A DNA stretch of 64,000 nucleotides from Dictyostelium discoideum (lineage: Eukaryota), in contig CM000155.2 in NCBI GenBank assembly GCA_000004695.1, positions 992,001 through 1,056,000 on the forward strand. The letters run 5' to 3'. Under the pieces are notes generated by a model. The model was not told the origin of the DNA. It saw nothing but the letters and a program-made list of their open reading frames with translations, and did no database searches. Shown piece by piece: positions 1-14,155 of this stretch; within the stretch, counting starts at the first letter, position 1, and each line of letters begins with the position of its first letter. The position numbers and the translations under genes are program-made.

Positions 1-753
1 TTAATTCAAACTGCATTTGGTGAATCAACCACTCTCAATGAGGGTAGTAAAGGTTTTAATAAGATTCAAGATGAAAAGAATATGTTAAAGAAACAAAAAT
101 TAGCTCAAGAATTAGCATTGAGTGAGGAGGAGTATGTCGATTCCCTAACTTATATTTACAATGTTTTCTTACAACCAATTAAAAAATCAATCGATACTCC
201 AAATCAATTGGTAAGCTATCAAGAAAACTTGGAAATCAGTAGTAATTTTGAAACACTTTTCTCTTGTCATAAAACTTTCCTCATCGCTTTGAAAGAACGT
301 ATCGCCGAATGGGATTCTAAACCACTCATGAGTGATATCTTTATGGAGAAAGCTGGTTTCTTAAAATTGTACAATTATTACGTTCAAAATCATACTCGTT
401 CACTTCAAGTCTTGGAACATTGCATTGAAAAGTATCCTTTGTTTGCAATTCATCTCAAACGTATCGAATCCGATCAAAATACCGAACTTAAAGTATTGTT
501 AGCTCAACCATTACGTAGAGTCTCTAAATACTATTTGGTCCTTCGTGAAATTCTTCAATACACTCGTCCAAAACATGATGATTACGATGCTTTAAATCGT
601 GTAGTAGCTAATCTAAAAGATCAAACCGATAAATTTAATGCAAATTCAACCTCTCAAATGTCTGCTGAAGCTGGTTCAAAATCACCTTCCCAAAAATATA
701 AAACTATTAAATTAACTAAAAATTCTAAACAACCTTCACAATTCTTTGTTTAA
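1..753 (+). CDS. RhoGEF (Dbl-homology domain) protein, C-terminal part; the CDS enters from upstream of the window
   Basis: The frame is open from nt 1 with no stop before the first ATG at 82. It carries the DH-domain C-terminal signature '...LAQPLRRVSKYYLVLREILQYT...'. Stop TAA at 751-753. Confidence 0.6.
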   Translation, partial: LIQTAFGESTTLNEGSKGFNKIQDEKNMLKKQKLAQELALSEEEYVDSLTYIYNVFLQPIKKSIDTPNQLVSYQENLEISSNFETLFSCHKTFLIALKERIAEWDSKPLMSDIFMEKAGFLKLYNYYVQNHTRSLQVLEHCIEKYPLFAIHLKRIESDQNTELKVLLAQPLRRVSKYYLVLREILQYTRPKHDDYDALNRVVANLKDQTDKFNANSTSQMSAEAGSKSPSQKYKTIKLTKNSKQPSQFFV

Positions 754-954
754 ATAATTTTTAAAAAAATAAATTAAATAATTAAATAATAAAATAATAA
801 TAAAATTAAATAAAATAAAATAAAATAAATAAAAAAAAAAAAAAAAATCATATAATAATATATAATAAAATTTATCCATGTAATAATAAATAAAAAAATT
901 CTTTGTAAAATTAATTAATTATTCTATTTCTTTTATTATTTATTTTTTATTTAT

Positions 955-3071
<2,117 letters not shown>

Positions 3072-3093
3072 TTATTTTTTTTTTTAATTATTC

Positions 3094-3131
<38 letters not shown>

Positions 3132-3136
3132 AAATT

Positions 3137-3169
<33 letters not shown>

Positions 3170-3582
3170 CACTTATTAAATAATATTATTTTCGCTTTTC
3201 AAATATTATTTTTTTATTTTTTATTTTTTATTTTTTTGTTTTTTGATCTGATTTAGTATTGGTTATTTATTTATTTATTTATTTTAGATTTAATGTACAA
3301 CAATGACACAACAACTAAAAATACACCAATTATAGATTTGGTGATTTTTTTTTTTTTATTTTATTTTTGATCTTGTTTTTTTGAAGTTGATTCAGATTTA
3401 CGTTGTGTTTTATGTATAATTTATTCCACTAAAACAATTTTAATTTCAAAAATAAAAAAAAAAATGAAAAAAATGAAAAAAATTTTCATGAAATTTTTTT
3501 ATTTTTTTATTTTTTTTTTTTATTTTATTTATTTTTTACACATTAAAATTAATATTAATTTATATAAATTATAAAAGATAAA

Positions 3583-3745
3583 AAGAAATTCTTTATTTTT
3601 TTAATTTTTTTTAATTGGATTGGTGTATAATTTATAATATTTTTAATAATAATAATATTAATATTATTATTATAAAGAAATTCTTTATTTTTTTAATTTT
3701 TTTTGATTAGTGTATAATTTATAATATTTTTAATAATAATAATAA
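3583..3745. repeat. Two direct copies of an approximately 70-bp unit, period about 92 bp
   Basis: 'aaagaaattctttatttttttaattttttttaattggattggtgtataatttataatatttttaataataataat' at 3583 is repeated at 3675 with a few changes. Confidence 0.8.
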
Positions 3746-3753
3746 ATAATAAT

Positions 3754-3893
3754 CCATATAGGGAAATATCCTAAAAATAACTTTAAAATATCTAAATATT
3801 AAAATAAATGTTATTGTTTTTTTTTATTTATTTAAACATTTATTTTGATGCTTAGATGTTTTAAAGTTATTTTTTAAATATTTCCTTATATGG
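3754..3893. repeat. Long near-perfect inverted repeat (about 59-bp arms, about 21-bp AT spacer): a predicted hairpin or cruciform
   Basis: Left arm 3754-3812 'ccatatagggaaatatcctaaaaataactttaaaatatctaaatattaaaataaatgtt'. The reverse complement of the right arm 3834-3893 is 'ccatataaggaaatatttaaaaaataactttaaaacatctaagcatcaaaataaatgtt', about 52 of 59 identical. Confidence 0.85.
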
Positions 3894-3971
3894 ATATTTT
3901 CTATATTTTTTGTTTTTTTATTTTAATTCCTTAGTTTTGATTTAGTATACTAATAAACATTTATTTATATA

Positions 3972-4016
<45 letters not shown>

Positions 4017-4493
4017 GCTAATTATTATAAATATTAACATATTTATTTTTACTTATTTCACCTAAAATAATTCCTTTACATTTTTAATTTTTACTATTAG
4101 TAGATTTTTGTTCTGGTTTGAAGTAATAAATTGATTTTCTTATATCCACCAATTCTGATTTTCCGCTTTTAATTTTCAATAATGTTGGCACCTTAAGTAT
4201 TGGTTTAAACGTTAATGAAAATTAAAATGGAAAATTGTAACAAGGGGAAATTTTTAAATCAATTTATTTATTTCTTTTAACCAGAAATATTTTAAAATTG
4301 ATTAAAAAACAAAAAAAATAAAAAATAAAAAACAAAAAATAAAAAATAAAAACACTGTCTATTTATTCTATTTATTTATTTATTTTTAATATTTCATTTT
4401 ATTATTTGTTACTATTTTTATTACTATTATTGTTATTTTTATTATTATTATTAATAATTATTAATTATAATATTTATTAATTTTTTTTTTTTT

Positions 4494-5523
4494 TTAAAAG
4501 GTTTTACCTAAATCGATTTTCTTTTGAAGGTTCTTTGTCGAATAATAAATGAATGAATCAAAGATACCGAAAACAGTGAATACACCACCAATAATTGCAC
4601 AAACATTTGTTAAGAAAGAAGCAAATGATTTACCTCTTTCAGAGACTTTCATCATGATTGGTGAAAGATCATACATAAAAAATAAACCTGGTAAACCTGA
4701 TGGTTCTTCACCTTTTTTAGCTAATAGACGATAATGTTCAGTTACTGAATATTGATTGGTTGCGATTCTATTACCATTTAAACCTTCATAAATTGTTGGT
4801 ACAACTTTAACAAAATATTGGAACATACCAACTCCAACCACTAGAAAAAAAAAAAAAAAAAAAAAAAATCAAATTAATAATTGAATAATTAATTTAATTA
4901 ATTTAATTAATTTAATTAAATTTACTTACTTTCAGTTTTTGTAACATCATCTAATGGATTTTTAATACCAGGGAAATCATTACCAAATGAAAGTCTATTA
5001 ATTGTATGACTAACATTGAAAGAACCATCTTTAAATGGTTGAAGGTCGTGAACGTGCATATGATGTTGTTGGAATGATTTACCAGGTGCAAAATGGAAAT
5101 TACCAGCTACTTTATTGACGAGAATGAAACCATATACTTGACAACCTTCACCATTTTGTTCAACTAAATTCTTTGTGAAACCTTCTCTAATACATTGTGG
5201 AATACCACTTGGATCTAAACCCCAACCCTTTTTACTATATGCTACTCTTACCTCCTCACAAGTATTACAGCACCCTATACCTTTTGAAGGATCCTCAGCA
5301 CCATAACAACTACCACATCCAACAACATCATTATTATCCTTTACTGATTCTTTCTTATTAATCTCCTCCTCTCTAATTGGTGGTGCTTCAATAATTGGTT
5401 GTCCTGTTGGTGATAATCTTTTCTTAAATATATTATGTGCTACATCAAATTGATGTTCACCTGAAACATCCATTGCATCTAAACTTAAATCTATAAAATT
5501 ATAAAATTATAAAATTAATTAAT

Positions 5524-5558
<35 letters not shown>

Positions 5559-5917
5559 CCTATCTTTCTATCATAATTTGCTTACATGCACATGGTAAAT
5601 GGTGAAAAGTAATATCCATATTAATTTTTAATTTTTCACCACGAGTTGTATCTACAAATAATTCATGATGAATATCAGTTGAGAAATATAATGTAACTTG
5701 AGAAAAGAATAACCATAATATAAATACTCCCCCAATGATTGATACTATTTGATAATGAAATAAAATATTAGTATTGATTCTATAAAATTATTGAAATCTC
5801 TGTTTTTTTTTTTTTTTTTTTTTTTTTCTTACCAATTGCGCCTGTATATGTTTTTACTCTAAAATCATCGACTGTCTTTGGGTAAGCATCAAACTTTTTT
5901 AGTTGTGATATTAACAT
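4494..5917 (-). CDS. ERGIC3 / Erv46 family ER-Golgi intermediate compartment protein, 4 exons: join(5917..5833, 5744..5586, 5490..4930, 4840..4494)
   Basis: Colinear match to human ERGIC3 along the whole length: 'KKFDAYPKTVDDFRVKT', 'HELFVDTTRGEKLKINMDITFHHLPCA', 'YLSLDAMDVSGEHQFDVAHNIFKKRL', 'CGSCYGAE...CCNTCEEVR', 'GCQVYGFILVNKVAGNFHFAPGKSFQQHHMHVHDL', 'MFQYFVKVVPTIY', 'KKIDLGKT'. Donors are GTAAG, GTAAGC and GTAAGT; acceptors are (T)nAG; one start codon is split A|TG across a junction. The total is 1152 nt = 383 aa, the same length as human ERGIC3. Confidence 0.85.
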
Positions 5918-6508
5918 CTTTATTTATTATTTATATGGAATATATATATAAACTTGTGTTATTATTATTATTATTATTATTATTTTTATATGATATTATA
6001 TTATATTATTACAAGTTGAAAAAAAAAAGAGAAAAAAAAAAAAAAGAAACAGAGTTTATAACATCTATATATATATTGTTCAATAATTTCAAAAAAAAAA
6101 AAAAAAATAAAAAAAAATAAAAAAAAAAAAAAAACAAAAAATTTTTTTTTTTTTTTTTTTCATCACCCTTTTTTTTATTTTCAATTTTTTTCCTTTTTCT
6201 TGTTTTATTTTTATATTTCCCTATCTATTGTTTATTAATAAATAAATAAATAAATTCCTTTACCATAATTTTAAAATAAAATTAATGAATATAAAAAATA
6301 AAAAATAAATAAAATAAAATAAAATAAAATTAATAAATACTTTTTTTATAAAATTTTTATTTTTATTTTTATTTTTATTTTTTTGATTTAAAATAATTAT
6401 ATTTTAAATACATACATCATTTGTCTAAAAAAAGACAAACATTACCACAAATATTTTTTTTTATTTTAATTTTTTTTTTTATTTGAATATTTGGAATCTT
6501 TGCTTTTT

Positions 6509-6545
<37 letters not shown>

Positions 6546-7480
6546 AAAAATAAAAGTTATCAAATTCGCGCCCAAATTTAAAAAATATGAAATCACATTT
6601 TTAAATTTTTTAGTCCACTTTTTTTTTTTTTTTATATTTTTAATTTTTTTTTTTTTATTATTTTAATTTAACAATAAAATTTAGATTTATTTATAAACAC
6701 ACCTTTTTTTTTTTTTTTTTTTGGATTTCTTTGGTTTTTTTTTTTTTTTTTTTTCCATTTTAGGATAATGAAAAGAAGAATAAAAATATAAAATAAATAC
6801 CATAATTATTCATTTTTTTTTAATATATAATTTATCTAAATTAATTTAAATTCCCCTCGTTTTTTTTTTTTTATATATATTTTTTTTATTTTTATATATA
6901 TTTTTTTATTTTTATTTTTATTTTTTGTTTTTATTATTCAACCGCCTAATTATTTATTATTTTTTTTTAAAATTATTTGTTAATAATAATAAAAACTTGC
7001 ACACAAAAAAAATAAAAAAACACTGCACACTGTCTCATTATCATCCATCTATTATATATATAAATATATATTACACTAAAATAAAAAAAATAAAAAAAAA
7101 AATGTATGTATAAATTTTGTTTTTTTTTATATTTTAAAATTTCCCCACACCTAATAAATAAAAGATACTAATCTATGGATTTTTTTCTACACTCTCTCTT
7201 TATTTTTTTATTTTTTTATTTTTTTTTGTAAATTTTATGATTCAATTATTTTATTAACATTTTATTTTTATTATTATTTTATTTTATTTTATTTTATTTT
7301 TTTTTTAAAATCCAACTACAATTATATTTATTAATTATTAATTAATAAAACCACAAATAAAAAAAATAAAAATAAAATAAACATACACACACACACACAC
7401 TCTCACCTCACATTAATAACATTTTCCTTATATATATATATTTTTTTTTTCAATCATATTATATATATGTATATAAAGAA

Positions 7481-8151
7481 ATGATTGAAATTAAAAATAA
7501 AAATATGAAGAGTAGTATAGGTGATGATGATGATGATTATGGTGGAGGAGGTAATAATAATAATAATAATAATAATAACAATATATCATCATCAATAGTA
7601 GTATCATCATATCCTCATTCACCACCAAATACACCAAACAATAATAACAATAATAATAATACAAATGGTAATAAAAAACAACACCATATTCAAGGTGAAT
7701 TTGATTATTATGACGAAGAAGAGGAGGAAGAGGAAGAAAGTGATATTGGAATTCAAAATCGATTATTCTTAAATCCAAATTATAAACAACATCATCGTAG
7801 TAGATCAATAACAATATCAGGATCACCAACACCAAAGAATTATACTCAAAATCAAAGATACTCTGATGATACAGTTTTATTGAAATCATCAAATGGTTGT
7901 GGTGGTAATAATAATAATAGTAGTAGTAATACTGCAACCACACTATCAGTTGGCTCATATGAATCACCATGTCGATTATTATCAAGTAGTGGCGGTAGTA
8001 ATAGTAATGGAGTTATATTCTCACCAATCTCTGTTACACCAACTGCATCACCATTAAATACACCAGTTAGTTCACATACTCTTCAATCAGTTACCTTAAC
8101 ATTATCACCATTTTCAATTCAAAAAAGATCTGCAACTATACAATTACCTTC

Positions 8152-8195
<44 letters not shown>

Positions 8196-8563
8196 CTACT
8201 ACAACAGATCAAAATTTATTAACTCCACCTGCAACACCACAAACACCTCAACAAAAAGTATTCTCACCACCAAGAAGAAGAAATACTTGTGCAAATTTAA
8301 CAAATAAATTATATTCAGTTTATTCACCACATAAATCACCACCAGATAATAATAATAATAGTAATAATAGTAATGAAGTAATAGTTAATTCACCAATTTC
8401 AATATCACTATCGTCACAAAAATATTTATCAAATCATCATCATCAACAACATCAACATCACCAATCTGTATCATTATCCGATTATTTATGTAATAAAACA
8501 AGTACTGATAATGAAAATGATGATGTATCAACAACAACTACTACAACAAATACAAATAAATCA

Positions 8564-8615
<52 letters not shown>

Positions 8616-9361
8616 GTATGAATTTATTAAATAAAATTAAAAGTAAATTAAAAGAAGATAAAATTAAACATTATGAAACGATATTTTCAGCATATAATGA
8701 ATCTTATGAAACATTGAAAGAGGGTGGTATTTCAGTATTGAATGGTGAAGTGTTGGTATGTATTTTTCAATATTTAGATATAAAGGAAATTTGTTGTTTA
8801 GCACAAACTTGTAGTTGGTGGAGAATAGTTTCAGAACAAAATGTATTATGGTTAAAGAAATTCAATGAACGATTTCAAAGACCTAAGACCATCATAGATA
8901 GATTTTCACCAAACGAATCATGGAAAGAGCTCTATATTCAACATTATTTCTTGGACACATCATATATGGAGTTTGAAAGATTATTATCACTGTTTCCAGT
9001 CACTGTAGAGTATGAACTTGACATTACAATATTGTTAAGTAAAGTATTGAATTACTTAAAACATACAGAATGTAGATCAGAATACATCGATAAATTGGAA
9101 CATCTTAAAAATATTCATCTTACATTTTCAAATAAAATCGAAGCTGCCAATTGTTATATTAAACATAGTGAATTAATATCTTGGGATTCAAATCAATATT
9201 TTCAACAAGAATTTGGTTATCCTCGTGAATCTCATTCAGATAGAAAAGAACGTATTCTAAAAGCTGCAATTCATTTATTATTTGAAAGTAAATATTGGGA
9301 ACGTTGTTTAATTTTAATTAATCAATTAAGAAAGAAATATAAAAAAGAATTAAAAAAACAA

Positions 9362-9459
<98 letters not shown>

Positions 9460-10054
9460 AATTAATAATAATAATAATATTAATAATAATAATAATGAAA
9501 ATAATGAAAATAATGAAAATAATAATAATAATAATTGTAATATACCAATAAAGAATTTATTAGTACTAAAAATGATTGAAATTTCGAAATTAGAACATCA
9601 ATGTTATCAATCAATTGAAAGTAAAGAAAGATTTTTCGAAGAATATTTCTTTGTAGAATTTCGTGGTAAAGGATCTTTTCCAAAGAGTGTAGATGGTAAA
9701 GATTTTATATTTCGTGGTAAAGAATTGGAGAAATTAGGTTCATTCGTATCAAGATTAAAAAATAGATATCCAGGTGCTCAAGTGATTCCAAAACAACAAG
9801 GTGTTGATTTATCACAAACAAATGGTCAATTCATTCATATTAGACCATGTAAACCTGTTTTATTACCAAAAGATATTATTAGTAGTGGTAGTGGTAGAGG
9901 TGGTAATATTTGTAACAATAGTAGTAAAATTATAAGTGGTATTAGTGGTTATTCAAATAAAACACATTATAAATCATTAAAATCATTTATAAATAATAAT
10001 TCAAAAGTATTTTATTTCTCTGCACCATTTAAAAAGAATTTAAATAATAATAAT

Positions 10055-10110
<56 letters not shown>

Positions 10111-10587
10111 ATTTTTAATGTTATGGACAAGAGATACATATATAATTTCAAAATCAATATTTCCATCATTAATTAGAAATTCAATGATTAGTGAAATTGT
10201 AGAGATTGAAAAGAATCCATTAGAGAATGCGATTGAATCATTAAAGAGAAAGAATAAAGAATTGGATAAAATATTTAATCAATGTAAAAAGAGTATGCAA
10301 TGGAATAGTCATTTAACAATGTCATTGAATGGTGTAGTGGATGCAGTGGTTTCTGGTGGTATCAATATGTATAGAATGTTCTTTCAACAATCTTATTTAG
10401 ATTCAAATCCAATCACTCATTTGGATTTACTAATTAAATTGAAACAATTATTATTGGATCAAAAATCATTGTTAGAGTTTGGACTTGATATTCATTCTCA
10501 TTTATGTCCTGATAATATGAAAGCACTTCAACAAAATATGGAATTATGTTTTGAAAAATGGAAACAAATTGTAAATGAATTAATAAT

Positions 10588-10621
<34 letters not shown>

Positions 10622-12004
10622 GTCAATAATCAAGATAAAGATAAAGATAAAAGAGAATCAACTGAAATTTATGATAATCATGTTAAACAATTATCAAGAT
10701 CTCATTCTGATTTAGAATCAATATTAAAACAATTAGATGAAAATACATCTGGCAGTACTTGTACTACACCAACTAAACAACAACAACAGCAAACTTCATC
10801 AACACCTTCATCACCATTATCAACTATTAATCAAATTCAAAATCAATTAAATCAAAATCAAATTGAACAATTATTGAAATTACAAACTGAAAAATCAAAA
10901 GAACGTGAAAGAGAAAAAGAAAGAAAGAAAGAAATGGAAAGTTTGGCTTTATTAGCTTCTCTAGAATTGGATTCAACAATTAATGAAAATATATTTGAAA
11001 TGGTAAATACTAATAATAATAGTAATAATCATAGAAATAGTGGTAAATTAACTTCAAATAAACCACCAATTCAAATTAAATCAATTACTACACCAATAAA
11101 ACAATCAAATCAACAACCAAATCAACAATCAAATCAACAATCAAATCAACAACCATTACCAATTCAACCACAAAGACCATCTTCATCATTATCTAATAGT
11201 AGTTCAAATATAACTTCAAATACATTATCAATACCAAGACCATCTTCATCTCTATCAAATTCATCACCTTGTTTATCAAATTCACCACCAAAATTAACAC
11301 CAACTAAATCAACTTTAAATATCAACCCTTCACCACAAAAGAAACCAACTTCTCCAAAAACTCAAAATAAAATCACTACAAAACTATCATCATCATCATC
11401 AACAACATCGGCATCAACTTCAACTTCTAATACACCAAAGACAACTACTACAAATTCAACCATTACAAATACAACATCATCACAAACAAACTCAACTTTA
11501 ACATCCACAACAACCAAACAAACTCCAACCAAATCTTCAAATAATTATTTGAAACCACCATCAGTAGCAAGACCTTCAACAATCTCAAGATCACTTACTT
11601 CTATTTCAACACCACCATCAACATCTAAATCATCCTCATCGTCAACAACAAATAAATTGAATATAACAACACCAACAAAAACTAGACCAACTATTGGCTC
11701 AAATACAACATTTATAACCCCTAAAAAAGAATCATTACCAATTCCAATAACACCTTCTTCTACAAAGAAATCATCATCATATTCATTATCATCAACATCA
11801 GTACCATCAACTACAACTACAACTACAACTTCTTCTCATTCATCATTCACTAGACCAACTCAAAGTACTTTAGCGAGAAAATTAGAAGTTGAATCAAAGA
11901 AATCAACAACATTAAGAATAAAATCAAAAGATAGACCAGCCATTATTGAACCAAAAACCCCACAAGCTAAAAAACAATTCATTGTACCAACAACACCAAC
12001 AAAT

Positions 12005-12035
<31 letters not shown>

Positions 12036-12355
12036 AATCAACTGGTATCACATCAAGTAGTTTTAAAAAGAGTCTTTATGAAATTGGTGATCCATCATTA
12101 ATATCTCCAACAATGTCGACAACATCATCATCATCATCATCAACATCATCAACAACATCATCAACTACATCATCTTCAGTATACTCAAGTTCTATGTCGT
12201 CTTCATACTCTTCAAGAAGTAGTGGTGGAATTAAAACTTCTTCACTATCATCATCCAGTAGCCATATGTTTGGTGGTAGTGGAATTCAAATTAAACATGG
12301 TAACAATAATAGTAAACTTTCTCCCTCTTCATTTAATCCAAATATGATTCAAATG

Positions 12356-12389
<34 letters not shown>

Positions 12390-12684
12390 ATTCATCATCA
12401 TCATCATCAACTGCTTCTACAACAACTACACCATCACCACCACTTTCGACAATAAATTTAAATACAAATACAATTCCATCACTTGATATTAGTAAGCCAA
12501 TCGAAAAACCACCACAACCAATTGCCTCTAAAAAACGTCTTAGTATTACTGATTCAATTAAAAGTGTTGTTAACCTTTTAAATGTTGATGATTCAAAGAA
12601 AATTAAAACTTCAACTTTAAAATCATCATCAATCTCTATAAATAGTTCAGTTTCATCTACTTTAAAACCTTTACCAAAAAAGAG

Positions 12685-12691
<7 letters not shown>
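7481..12691 (+). CDS. Large low-complexity protein with an F-box-like motif and a DOCK-family DHR-2 (CZH2) GEF domain, followed by a long Ser/Thr-rich tail
   Basis: A single 1736-aa ORF. F-box-like segment 'LNGEVLVCIFQYLDIKEICCLAQTCSWWRIVSEQNVLWLKKF'. DHR-2 lobes: 'KAAIHLLFESKYWERCLILINQLRKKY', 'FVEFRGKGSFPKSVDGKDFIFRGKELEKLGSFVSRLKNRYPG..QFIHI', 'YFSAPFKK..', 'NPLENAIESLKRKNKEL', 'NGVVDAVVSGGINMYRMFF', 'LCPDNMKALQQNMELCFEKW'. It has poly-N, poly-T (Thr) and poly-S tracts. No DHR-1 domain is visible. Confidence 0.7.
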
Positions 12692-12719
<28 letters not shown>

Positions 12720-12991
12720 ACAAACATTTTAACCTTTAATAAAAATATCTATTTATTTGTAAAACAAACTTTAAAAAAAAAAAACTATTTTTTTGTAAAA
12801 GCACAAAAAATATCTTTTTTTTTTTTTTTTATTTTTTTTTTATTTTTTTTTGATTGTGTTATTTGAAATATCTGCCCAAAGGAATTGTTGTCTTTTCGAT
12901 TTTTTTTTTTTTTTTGATTTTTTTTTTCTTAAGCAGTTTTATTATACTATTATTTTATTTATTTAAATTATTTAAATTATTTTTTTTAAAA

Positions 12992-13957
12992 ATGAGTATA
13001 ATTAAATTAATAAATGATAATTCTAATATTAAAGAATTAACAAAAATATTTAATGATTCATTTGCAGATTATGTTTATCCATTATCAGTTACAGAATTAT
13101 CACTTCAACAAAAGATTCAAGGTGATAATGTATCGTTAGATTATTCGATTGGTTTATATAATAAAGAAACCAATGAATTGGAAGGATTTATTTTACATGG
13201 TGTTGATAATTTAGAGAATCCAAAAAGATTATATAATTCAGCAACGGGTGTAATACCAAGTGCAAGAGGGAAATCAGTCGAACGTTGTTATAATTCAATG
13301 ATACCATATTATATTGAAAAAGGTATTGAAAGTATTATATTAGAAGTTGTAACAACCAATAACCGTGCATCAAAAGTTTATGAAAGATGTGGATTTAAAA
13401 TAATTAGTACAATCAACTCTTATAAAGGTTTAATTAATAAAGATTTATTAAAACCATTTTTATATAATCATCAAAGTGGCGATAGTGGTAGCGTTGAAGT
13501 TGACGAAGCCATGAACAATAAAATCAATATTAAAAAATTGGATTGTATAAATGACGATGTGGTTGAATTTTTATCAAGTCAAAATAAAAACTACCCAATG
13601 ATGATACCAACTTGGTCAAATTCAATTAAAGCAATTAAAAGAGAATTTGATTTAGGTTTTAATAAATGTTGGATTGCAACCACAACAGAGAATGATAAAG
13701 TGAATATTATTGGATTTTTATCAGTCAATGATCAAACTTTTAGAATTAGACAATTATTTGTATCACCTGATTACAGAAATAAAAATGTAGCAACCAATTT
13801 AATTCATACAATGGCATTAGAGTTTAATGAAAGTACAACATTTAATTTTGGTATTGATTCAAAATTTGATAATACTATTAATTTCTTTACAAAAAGATTA
13901 GGTTTCGCTTATCTTTTATCAGTTTATGAAATGTTATTAAATTTTGAAAATAAATAA
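12992..13957 (+). CDS. Tandem GNAT-fold N-acetyltransferase domain protein
   Basis: It starts at ATG 12992 ('MSIIKLINDNSN'); the tracked ORF 12854.. is poly-T read-through. Two acetyl-CoA-binding-like segments: 'ARGKSVERCYNSMIPYYIEKGIESIILEVVTTNNRASKVYERCGFKI' and 'QLFVSPDYRNKNVATNLIHTMALEF..FFTKRLGF'. Confidence 0.6.
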   Translation: MSIIKLINDNSNIKELTKIFNDSFADYVYPLSVTELSLQQKIQGDNVSLDYSIGLYNKETNELEGFILHGVDNLENPKRLYNSATGVIPSARGKSVERCYNSMIPYYIEKGIESIILEVVTTNNRASKVYERCGFKIISTINSYKGLINKDLLKPFLYNHQSGDSGSVEVDEAMNNKINIKKLDCINDDVVEFLSSQNKNYPMMIPTWSNSIKAIKREFDLGFNKCWIATTTENDKVNIIGFLSVNDQTFRIRQLFVSPDYRNKNVATNLIHTMALEFNESTTFNFGIDSKFDNTINFFTKRLGFAYLLSVYEMLLNFENK

Positions 13958-14155
13958 AAATTATTACTTTTATTTTATAAATAATTTTTTTTTATTTTTT
14001 TTTATTTAGTTAATAATAATAATAATAATATATTTTATTTTAGTTTTGTTTTTTTTATTTTTATTTTTTTTATTTTTATTTTATCTTTTATTTTTATCTT
14101 TTATTTTTATCTTTATTTTTTTATTTTTTTATTTTTATTTTTAGAGAGAATAGTT

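Noticed and set aside
5878-6120. 80-aa plus-strand ORF
   Set aside because: It overlaps exon 1 of the minus-strand ERGIC3 gene and then runs into poly-A/T. There is no homology.
7491-12051. Minus-strand ORFs 7491-7985, 9480-9683, 10434-10619 and 11860-12051
   Set aside because: They are antisense read-through of the triplet-repeat and low-complexity coding sequence of the DOCK-like gene (poly-Y/I/V artefacts).
12854-12991. N-terminal extension of the GNAT ORF
   Set aside because: It translates poly-T runs (FFFFLIFFF). The first plausible start is the ATG at 12992.
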